From positions 1-40,388 of the forward strand of contig SKTQ01000052.1 of assembly GCA_007122505.1 (NCBI GenBank): a stretch of DNA of 40,388 bases. Direction: 5' to 3'. Every line of letters begins with the position of its first letter. The first letter of the stretch is position 1. The DNA is from Bacteroidales bacterium (lineage in GTDB: Bacteria; Bacteroidota; Bacteroidia; Bacteroidales; UBA7960). Shown piece after piece: positions 31,257 to 38,492 of the stretch. A program made the translations under genes and the position numbers. The notes beneath the pieces were generated by a model. It had not been told where the DNA came from. It searched no databases and saw nothing but the letters and a program-made list of their open reading frames with translations.

Positions 31257-32594
31257 ATGAGCAAGACCGCCACAATTATCAAGAGGGAGTTTTTGAGCCG
31301 GGTAAAGAAGCGTTCCTTTATCGTGATGACCATTTTAGGGCCCTTGTTGATGGCTGCCATCATTATCGTACCCGCCGTTGTGGCGCAACTGTCGGACAGC
31401 GATTACAACATTGCCATTGTTGACGACACCAGGTTGTTTTATGACCGGTTTGACGATACAAACAACATCCTGTTCACACCTTTGAGCACAAATATTGACA
31501 GAGCCATTGAGTTTATGCATGAAGACCGTTTCGACGCAGTGCTCCATATACCTGAAATCGCTTTTGAAGCACCGTCCAGCTTACGTCTTTTCTCAGAAAA
31601 ATCAGTGAATTTCAATGCCAAACTTTTGGTTGAAAGGATTCTACAGACGGAATTCGAAAGTTTGAAGCTGGGTCATGCCGGCATCGATAAGGAGATATTA
31701 AAGGCCATTGAAACCCCAATTAACATACAGGCAATCAGGATCAAAGATGATGGAGAGCTGATCACTGACTACCCCGAGGTGAGTATGGGGCTTGGTTTTG
31801 TAAGTGGTTTTCTGATATATATTTTCATATTTCTTTTTGGATCACAGGTGCTTCGCGGTGTGCTGGAAGAAAAAACCAGCCGCATTGTGGAAATCATTGT
31901 TTCATCGGTTAAGCCTTTTCAGCTGATGATGGGAAAAATTGTGGGTGTTGGTATGGTGGGACTGACCCAGTTTCTGATATGGATCGTATTGACTTTTGCC
32001 ATTGTAACCACATTTCAGGTAATTATGCCCGACTTGTTCCGGTTTACGCCCGACGAGCAGGTGTTTGTTACGAGTACACAGGTTCTGAGTGCCGAAGAAA
32101 TGGAGAAACAGAAAGAACAGATACAACAATTTGACACCACTGCCGGACAGATCATGCAGGGTCTTTCTGCCATTAACTTTCCCGTGATGATCTTTTCGTT
32201 TATTTTCTATTTCCTGGGAGGATACCTGTTGTATGCAGCATTGTTTGCCGCCATTGGTTCTGCTGTCGATAATGAGGCTGACACCCAACAGTTTATGCTG
32301 CCTGTTACCATCCCTTTATTGCTATCTATCATTATGGCACAGATGGTTATCAGTAATCCCTCAGGCCCGGTGGCACTATGGCTCTCCATGATTCCGCTAA
32401 CCTCTCCGGTAATCATGATGGTACGAATTCCCTTTGGCGTAAGTTATGAAGAGATTGCCCTTTCAGCCGGCCTTTTGGTAATTGGTTTCATCTTCACCAC
32501 CATGCTGGCTGCGAGGATATACCGCACCGGTATCCTGATGTATGGGAAAAAAACCAGTTACAGGGAATTATGGAAATGGATCAGGCACGCCTGA
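31257..32594 (+). CDS. ABC-2 family transporter permease (NatB-like)
   Basis: 445 aa. One N-terminal TM segment, then a ~150-aa extracytoplasmic segment, then about 5 hydrophobic spans. It lies immediately downstream of the ATPase gene. Confidence 0.8.
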   Translation: MSKTATIIKREFLSRVKKRSFIVMTILGPLLMAAIIIVPAVVAQLSDSDYNIAIVDDTRLFYDRFDDTNNILFTPLSTNIDRAIEFMHEDRFDAVLHIPEIAFEAPSSLRLFSEKSVNFNAKLLVERILQTEFESLKLGHAGIDKEILKAIETPINIQAIRIKDDGELITDYPEVSMGLGFVSGFLIYIFIFLFGSQVLRGVLEEKTSRIVEIIVSSVKPFQLMMGKIVGVGMVGLTQFLIWIVLTFAIVTTFQVIMPDLFRFTPDEQVFVTSTQVLSAEEMEKQKEQIQQFDTTAGQIMQGLSAINFPVMIFSFIFYFLGGYLLYAALFAAIGSAVDNEADTQQFMLPVTIPLLLSIIMAQMVISNPSGPVALWLSMIPLTSPVIMMVRIPFGVSYEEIALSAGLLVIGFIFTTMLAARIYRTGILMYGKKTSYRELWKWIRHA

Positions 32595-32679
32595 CGGGGG
32601 TGTTCATTGAGAAATTCACCAAACAGCGCAGCAGGCTTTTATTAGCGTTAACAGACCGTGCTATTGATTTCTTTTCCTT

Positions 32680-32687
32680 TATCTTTG
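32680..32687 (+). promoter_or_regulatory. -7 box (TATCTTTG) for the sigma-54 activator gene
   Basis: Exact TAnnTTTG match 13-19 nt upstream of the ATGs at 32700 and 32706. Confidence 0.5.
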
Positions 32688-32705
32688 TTAAAAAAGAATA
32701 TGACT

Positions 32706-33884
32706 ATGGCCAAAATTCTGGTAATCGACGACGAAAGCAGCATTAGAAATACACTCAAAGACATACTGGAATACGAAAAATTTGAGGTTACGCTTGCGGA
32801 AGATGCTGAGGAGGCGCTGGAGAAAATTCAGCAAGGCCCTTTTGATGTGGTATTGTGTGATATCAAAATGCCAAAGATGGATGGGATCACCCTGCTGGAC
32901 AAAATAAGGGAGCATGACCCGGATGCCAGCGTAGTGATGATATCGGGCCACGGCACCATTGATACGGCAGTAGAAGCCATAAAGAAGGGAGCCTATGACT
33001 TTATTTCCAAGCCCCTTGACCTGAATCGTTTGCTGATAACCATCCGCAACGCCATGGACAAAACCAAGCTGGTTACCGAAACACGAGTTTTGAAGCGTAA
33101 GGTTAGCAAAACTTATGAAATGATAGGCCAATCGGAGGCCATACAACATATCAAGGCCATGATTGAGCGAGTGGCACCCACCGACGCCCGGGTTTTTATC
33201 ACCGGTGAAAATGGTACCGGAAAGGAGCTTGTTGCCAGATGGGTGCATGAATTGAGCAATCGTTCGTCCGGACCATTTATAGAGGTAAACTGTGCGGCCA
33301 TTCCTTCGGAGCTTATTGAAAGCGAATTATTCGGCCACGAGAAGGGTTCATTCACATCTGCTGTCAAGCAAAAGAAAGGCAATTTTGAGCTTGCCAGCGG
33401 TGGTACCATTTTCCTGGATGAGGTAGGCGACATGAGCCTCTCGGCGCAGGCAAAGGTATTGCGTACCCTCCAGGAGAACAAGATTACCCGCGTGGGAGGT
33501 GAAAAAGAGATCGTGGTGGATGTGCGTGTGGTAGCAGCTACCAACAAAAACATTCAGCAAGAAATAAAGCAGGGAAATTTCCGGGAAGACCTTTACCATC
33601 GCCTGAGTGTAATCCTGATCCATGTCCCTACGCTGAATGAAAGAGCCGGTGATATCCCTTTACTGGCCGATCACTTCCTGGAAGAAGTGCTTCAGGAACA
33701 AAGCATGCCCCCAAAATCATTTTCAGAAGACGCCTACCAGGCACTGCAGGACATTCAATGGACAGGCAATATACGGGAGCTGCGCAACGTGGTTGAGCGA
33801 CTGGCCATTTTATGCGACAAAGAAATTACAGCCGCCGACGTAAAACAATTTGCCCAGCCCCTGAGTCAAATCAAAAAAGCATGA
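32706..33884 (+). CDS. Sigma-54-dependent response regulator (NtrC family: receiver + AAA+), apparently lacking a C-terminal HTH
   Basis: Receiver domain (ILVIDDE, VLCDIKMPKMDG, ISKP). AAA+ domain (GENGTGKE, GSFTSA loop, IFLDEVG, RELRN). The protein ends about 25 aa after the RELRNVVERL sensor II region. The start is the ATG at 32706 or 32700; the track's GTG at 32658 lies upstream of the promoter box. Confidence 0.88.
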   Translation: MAKILVIDDESSIRNTLKDILEYEKFEVTLAEDAEEALEKIQQGPFDVVLCDIKMPKMDGITLLDKIREHDPDASVVMISGHGTIDTAVEAIKKGAYDFISKPLDLNRLLITIRNAMDKTKLVTETRVLKRKVSKTYEMIGQSEAIQHIKAMIERVAPTDARVFITGENGTGKELVARWVHELSNRSSGPFIEVNCAAIPSELIESELFGHEKGSFTSAVKQKKGNFELASGGTIFLDEVGDMSLSAQAKVLRTLQENKITRVGGEKEIVVDVRVVAATNKNIQQEIKQGNFREDLYHRLSVILIHVPTLNERAGDIPLLADHFLEEVLQEQSMPPKSFSEDAYQALQDIQWTGNIRELRNVVERLAILCDKEITAADVKQFAQPLSQIKKA

Positions 33885-33903
33885 TCCAGGATTGCGATCC
33901 GGA
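33885..33903. terminator. Short hairpin between convergent genes (weak bidirectional terminator candidate)
   Basis: tccaggat-tgcg-atccgga: a 7-bp stem with one bulged A. It starts immediately after the activator stop codon. Confidence 0.3.
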
Positions 33904-33935
33904 CGAAACAAGCAAATGGGTTTTAGATTTTTGTT

Positions 33936-35273
33936 TTACCGGATCAATGGCGTAAGAGCTTCCGTTTCGCGGAAAAACAGAATTGCGTCGTAGCGCAGGG
34001 GCACAATGGTTTGCACGTATTGCCTGTGGTCGTTTGCCGGATCGTACACAACACCAATTGCACGGTTGCCAAATGCCTGCATGAAGTCTTCTCTTACGCG
34101 GTCGGTATCGTCAAACACCAGGTAGAAACTTTCCAAACCTGTTTGGCGGAAAACATATTCTATGGTGTTTCGGCGTGCTTCGGGCACCCTCATTTTTTGC
34201 ATGCGACCCCCCCAGGAAGCACCTGCTTTCACAGTTCCTGAATAGGTTGCGAATCCAACAAGAAAAACCTCTTCCGGACCATGCTTTTCCCTGGTTAACT
34301 GTCCGATGTTTTCCTGTCTGCGCTGCTGCATCTCCGTAAACCTGGCATCACCAATATGGGTATTGTGCGCCCAGACAATTCCCCTGGCATCTTCACCATA
34401 AAAGTCTAGCAAATTATTGACGGTCATATCCATATAGCGCACACGGCTGTTCCATGAACGGGCGTCCTGGCGGGTCATGGAGTAGCGGTAAAACCGTTCT
34501 GCATGTTTCACCACAAGGGCATTTTGCATAAGGTAAAAATATGCATGCTCCGGAAGATCTGCAAATCTGTCTCGTTCTTCCCGGAGGAGTGTTACAACTG
34601 CCTCAAAATCAAGCACACAATCGCGCGCAGCACCACTGGCAACAGAACGGGCATAGAGCCAGCTGTCTCCGTCAAAAGGTTCAAAGCATGCATAGTGACG
34701 CCTAAGGGTTTCGTAAAGCGCCTGATCATGACCGGCCAAAAAAGTCAGCACCTGATTGAATGAATTCCATTCGTCATATACATCTTTGCCATAAAATCCG
34801 ACTTTCTGGTTATCAGGCAGATCTTCATTGAAAGCCCTCAGCCATTCAGCCAGCACAACCACTTCTTCATTTCCCCACATCCACAACGGCCACCTTTGCA
34901 AACCCATCAATACTTCACGGGCACTTCCGGCCGCACCGGGTTTGTTTTTAACATAGCGGTTCAGTTCATATAAACTGGCCCAGTCTCCTTCCACGGCAAT
35001 AAAGTTAAATCCATGTTCGGCTATAAGCCTGCGACTGATGCTGTCGCGCCAGGCATAATACTCCCTGGTTCCGTGACTGGCTTCTCCTAATAAAACAAGC
35101 CTCCTGTTGCCGGCTATGGACACCAGTTCATCCATATCTGTAGACTGTTCAAGCACATGCGCCCTCTGTTGGATAAATGACACGAGATCATCTGCGGATT
35201 CCTGTTGATGCTCCCCCATGGCGCATGAGAATAATCCGACAATAACGGCAATTAAAGTAATTGGTTTTTTCAT
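33936..35273 (-). CDS. Erythromycin esterase (Ere/PF05139) family lipoprotein
   Basis: LVLLGEASHGTREYY, FIAVEGDW and WAHNTHIGD blocks typical of the Ere family. I chose the ATG at 35273 (MKKPITLIAVIVGLFSC), which gives a lipobox-type signal peptide, rather than the track's longer ORF to 35375. Confidence 0.82.
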   Translation of the reverse strand: MKKPITLIAVIVGLFSCAMGEHQQESADDLVSFIQQRAHVLEQSTDMDELVSIAGNRRLVLLGEASHGTREYYAWRDSISRRLIAEHGFNFIAVEGDWASLYELNRYVKNKPGAAGSAREVLMGLQRWPLWMWGNEEVVVLAEWLRAFNEDLPDNQKVGFYGKDVYDEWNSFNQVLTFLAGHDQALYETLRRHYACFEPFDGDSWLYARSVASGAARDCVLDFEAVVTLLREERDRFADLPEHAYFYLMQNALVVKHAERFYRYSMTRQDARSWNSRVRYMDMTVNNLLDFYGEDARGIVWAHNTHIGDARFTEMQQRRQENIGQLTREKHGPEEVFLVGFATYSGTVKAGASWGGRMQKMRVPEARRNTIEYVFRQTGLESFYLVFDDTDRVREDFMQAFGNRAIGVVYDPANDHRQYVQTIVPLRYDAILFFRETEALTPLIR

Positions 35274-35382
35274 GAAAAAAGACATTGATATATTGTTGAT
35301 TTCATTATCAGAACTTGCCTGCCTGTTCGGTGCTGGCACGATTGGATACATCCGGCAGCGGGTACATCTTATCATTTTTTTA

Positions 35383-35403
35383 ATGATGATACAACATCAT
35401 CAT
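35383..35403. repeat. Perfect 8-bp inverted repeat ATGATGAT-ACAAC-ATCATCAT
   Basis: Read directly from the sequence, 110 bp upstream of the esterase ATG. It is AT-rich, so it could be an operator or chance. Confidence 0.5.
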
Positions 35404-35652
35404 AGCAAAACAATACAGCATTTCGGATAAAATGGTATGATGTTTCAACCGTATAGCCATCACGAAAAAACTACCGGTTATAACCAAGGCTGTTTTTCAC
35501 AAATATACAAAAGAAGGCGGATTTGCAAAAACCAGTTAGAGGTTATCGTCCTCAAAATGAAAACAAAATTGACCATACTTCTGTTGGTACATTATACAAG
35601 GGAAGTATTCCGACGGGTTTCAAAACATTTTTGGGACTTGGTTTTCGCAACG

Positions 35653-35728
35653 GATTTCAACTTGCATTGCGGTTTCAATATAATTTAAGCGGCTATATTG
35701 GGTTACGTATTGAAGAGGTGTTGAAATC
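35653..35728. repeat. Nested inverted repeats in the large divergent intergenic region
   Basis: Outer pair gatttcaac (35653-35661) / gttgaaatc (35720-35728), 9 bp. Inner pair caatata (35676-35682) / tatattg (35694-35700), 7 bp. GGnTTTCAA occurs three times (35615, 35652, 35671). Confidence 0.4.
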
Positions 35729-35806
35729 TGTCGAAAATTGCGGCTTAAACAAGCGTTTGTGGCCTGAATTACAGTTATTTATATATCAATCATCCCCGGA
35801 TTTTAT

Positions 35807-35814
35807 TATTTTTG
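35807..35814 (+). promoter_or_regulatory. -7 box (TATTTTTG) for the beta-barrel protein gene
   Basis: Exact TAnnTTTG match 44 nt upstream of the ATG at 35858. Confidence 0.45.
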
Positions 35815-35857
35815 TACCCGATTTTTTTTTTAATATTCTATTGAAACCTGTTTAACC

Positions 35858-37150
35858 ATGAAGTCTGTATCATATTTTTCATTTTCTGTTTTTTTGCTGT
35901 TTTTTGGTTTGATGATGTTGGTTCATCCGCTCCGGGCACAATATGTGCATGATGAAGAAAAATCCGGGGGCACCAACAACCGGATATCCGTATTTCTGGA
36001 TGCTCCGTGGTGGCTTGACCGTGATTTTGTGCGCGAGCAGATTCCCATTGTATATTATGTACGTGACAAGGAAGCGGCTGATGTGCATATTCTGATGACC
36101 CGACATGGGGCGGGCAGAGCAGGTACCATATATGCTATCTCTTTTATTGGACGCCGCGGGTTTCAGGGCACCGATCAGGATATCAGCTATTGGGCGCCGG
36201 CAGGGAATTCCGGTGATGATACCCGCCGGGGATATACCAACAAAATCAAGATCGGGCTGGTCCGGTACATTGCCACTACCCCACTGATTAGCCGTATCAT
36301 TGTGGATTATGATTTTGATGAAGAAGCCATCATCAGGGAAAACGCTCTTGAGCCGCCCATTGATCCATGGAACAGTTGGGTGTTCGAAATCTATGGTGGG
36401 GGAAACTTCCGCATTGAGGAAAAACAACGCAATTACTCTTCCCGGTTTGGGTTTTTTGCCGACAGGATAACTGCTGACTGGAAGGTTCGTTTCAGGCCAT
36501 ACTTTAACTTCAGCCAAAGAACCTTTTTTACGGAAAATGACACCATCATCAGCAAATCGCACCGGCACGGACATCAGGCATATGTTGTTAAAAGTATCAA
36601 TGACCATTGGTCTGTCGGCATCTTTAACTCCAGCCTTTCCAGCACCTTTCACAATATGCGATTCAATTTTGAGTTGTTGCCCGCAGTAGAATACAGCCTT
36701 TTCCCCTATGATGAAGCAACGCGGCGTTCCATCACATTTGCCTACAGAATGGGCTATGGCTATCACGATTACATGGAAACCACCATTTTTGCCAAAGAAA
36801 ATGAGTTTCTCTGGTCACAGTCGGTGGAAGCAGCCGCCCGTTTTCAGCAGCCATGGGGAAATTTTCGCGCAGGCATAACCGGATCCCACTTTTTTCATGA
36901 CTTATCCATTAACCGTGCTGAAATCTTTGCCAATGTGAACCTCAGAATCTTCCAGGGGTTTTCGCTGAACGTTCAGACAAACATCAATCTGATCAATGAC
37001 TTGCTGGCTATTCCGGCAGGTGACCTGACCATCGAGGAAATCCTTCTCGAACAATCACAACAATCCACCAATTATATGGTTTCGGGTAGCATTGGGCTAA
37101 GCTATACTTTCGGATCGGAGTTCAGTGCGGCTTTTAACCCGCGATTGTAG
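35858..37150 (+). CDS. Hypothetical secreted protein, probable outer-membrane beta-barrel with an N-terminal soluble domain
   Basis: 430 aa. Signal peptide (FSVFLLFFGLMMLVHPLRAQ). The C-terminal ~270 aa show alternating hydrophobic/aromatic strand-like segments (WVFEIYGGGNFRI, WKVRFRPYFNF, ITFAYRMGYGY, MVSGSIGLSYTF). I recognise no named family. Confidence 0.6.
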   Translation: MKSVSYFSFSVFLLFFGLMMLVHPLRAQYVHDEEKSGGTNNRISVFLDAPWWLDRDFVREQIPIVYYVRDKEAADVHILMTRHGAGRAGTIYAISFIGRRGFQGTDQDISYWAPAGNSGDDTRRGYTNKIKIGLVRYIATTPLISRIIVDYDFDEEAIIRENALEPPIDPWNSWVFEIYGGGNFRIEEKQRNYSSRFGFFADRITADWKVRFRPYFNFSQRTFFTENDTIISKSHRHGHQAYVVKSINDHWSVGIFNSSLSSTFHNMRFNFELLPAVEYSLFPYDEATRRSITFAYRMGYGYHDYMETTIFAKENEFLWSQSVEAAARFQQPWGNFRAGITGSHFFHDLSINRAEIFANVNLRIFQGFSLNVQTNINLINDLLAIPAGDLTIEEILLEQSQQSTNYMVSGSIGLSYTFGSEFSAAFNPRL

Positions 37151-37186
37151 TTTGGGAAATCGGCCGAAGGATATCCGTTTTCACAA

Positions 37187-37194
37187 TATTTTTG
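37187..37194 (+). promoter_or_regulatory. -7-like box (TATTTTTG) upstream of the amidohydrolase gene
   Basis: Exact TAnnTTTG match, but 124 nt upstream of the ATG at 37318, which implies a long leader. Confidence 0.3.
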
Positions 37195-37317
37195 CTGAAA
37201 ATTGAATCATCCAAAACTTCTTTTCTTTAAATTTACATATGCATACAGGGGAGTAATAGTCTTCCGGGAATTGCATGTATGATAATGCTTTAGGCGTATT
37301 TTAAAAACCCAAAAATC

Positions 37318-38403
37318 ATGGATACCAAATACAGTATATATAATTGTCACATCCACACTTTTAGAAGGGAAGATGTGCCGCGGGGATTTCTCCCTGCCGG
37401 CCTGGTAGGTATTTTGAATACCAGGTTGGGTTTTTGGCTTGTATCAAAAACACTCGATGTTTTTTTTAAAGTCTCTGATGAAAACATTTACCAGAAATAT
37501 TTGCAGTTTATTGATGTGGGATCGCTGCCATCCCAGGAAGAAATTTTTCTCAGGTGTTATAAACAATATCCTAAAAACGCAAGGTTTTTTATTCATGCCA
37601 TAGATATGCGATACATGAACGCGGGATTGATTCCGCGCGAATACCAGGATCAGTTGGGGGAGCTGGAGGCACTGTATAACAAGTATCCTGATAACATCAT
37701 ACCATTTATCCAGGTGGATCCGAGGCGCCCGGACGGTTACCAACTATTCAGAGACGCCATGGAGAAAGGTTTTCGGGGAGTGAAGCTTTATCCTGCGATG
37801 GGTCATACGGTAAGCGATAAAAATCTGATACCGGTTTATGAGTATTGCAATGCAAACAAGATTCCTGTATTGGTTCATTGTGGCCCGCAGTCACCTGTAA
37901 ATTACAGAACATCTGCACGAAGGCTGAAGAAAATGCTGGATGATGCAGGAATACCCTATGCGCCGAACTTTAAGGCAAAAGAGCTTGCCGCCCAGTTTGG
38001 CCATCCGGTGTTATACATTCCCATCCTGGAAAAATATCCAGACATGCATATTTGTTTTGCCCACTGGGGGTCTGAAGTTTCATGGGACAGATACCTGGAG
38101 GATCCGGCCGATGGCAATAACTGGTTTCACATCATCAGGTTTATGTTGGAAAAATATCCGAACCTTTATACAGATATATCCTTTACCCTGCATAATGAAT
38201 CTTATTTCCCGGTTTTGAAAGTATTTTTGGAGGATGACAGGATCAGGCCGAAGGTTTTATTCGGCACTGATTATTATATGGTTAAGACCCGGTCGCCTGA
38301 AAAAAAGTTTGGGTTTGATATCCGGGCATTTTTGGGGGAAGGTCTTTTTCGTGCCATTGCCCATGACAATCCCAGGCGTTTTTTACACGATCATCCTGAA
38401 TGA
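37318..38403 (+). CDS. Amidohydrolase-2 family (TIM-barrel metal-dependent hydrolase) protein
   Basis: 361 aa. N-terminal CHIHTF (HxH), VKLYPAMGH, VLVHCG, CFAHWG, FGTDYY: spacing typical of PF04909-like metal-dependent hydrolases. No signal peptide. Confidence 0.75.
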   Translation: MDTKYSIYNCHIHTFRREDVPRGFLPAGLVGILNTRLGFWLVSKTLDVFFKVSDENIYQKYLQFIDVGSLPSQEEIFLRCYKQYPKNARFFIHAIDMRYMNAGLIPREYQDQLGELEALYNKYPDNIIPFIQVDPRRPDGYQLFRDAMEKGFRGVKLYPAMGHTVSDKNLIPVYEYCNANKIPVLVHCGPQSPVNYRTSARRLKKMLDDAGIPYAPNFKAKELAAQFGHPVLYIPILEKYPDMHICFAHWGSEVSWDRYLEDPADGNNWFHIIRFMLEKYPNLYTDISFTLHNESYFPVLKVFLEDDRIRPKVLFGTDYYMVKTRSPEKKFGFDIRAFLGEGLFRAIAHDNPRRFLHDHPE

Positions 38404-38437
38404 TGACCACCGGAGGGGTCGTCTGAAAAATTGGAAT

Positions 38438-38469
38438 AAAAAAAGGAGCTGCTTTATACAAACAGCCCC
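38438..38469 (-). terminator. Rho-independent terminator after the PFOR gene (usable in both directions, better on minus)
   Basis: On the minus strand GGGGCUG(UUU)...(AAG)CAGCUCC gives a 7-10 bp stem with G-U pairs, followed by UUUUUUU. It lies 24 nt downstream of the stop at 38493. Confidence 0.55.
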
Positions 38470-38492
38470 TTTGGAAACGAACAAAGCAAAAC

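Noticed and set aside
35274-35375. N-terminal extension of the esterase ORF (MIRCTRCRMYPIV...)
   Set aside because: The internal ATG at 35273 yields a canonical lipoprotein signal peptide. The extension is Cys/Arg-rich and unlike a leader sequence.
35437-35855. 83-aa and 110-aa plus-strand ORFs in the large intergenic region
   Set aside because: They are not called as genes. One has a TTG start, there are no promoter boxes, and the signal-peptide-like and strand-like parts are in different frames. I kept them only as a possible pseudogene remnant in the intergenic-region finding.
35879-36766. 295-aa ORF antisense to the beta-barrel protein gene
   Set aside because: The plus-strand ORF is longer (430 aa) and has a signal peptide and an upstream TAnnTTTG box. 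The antisense ORF has no such support and looks like a shadow ORF.
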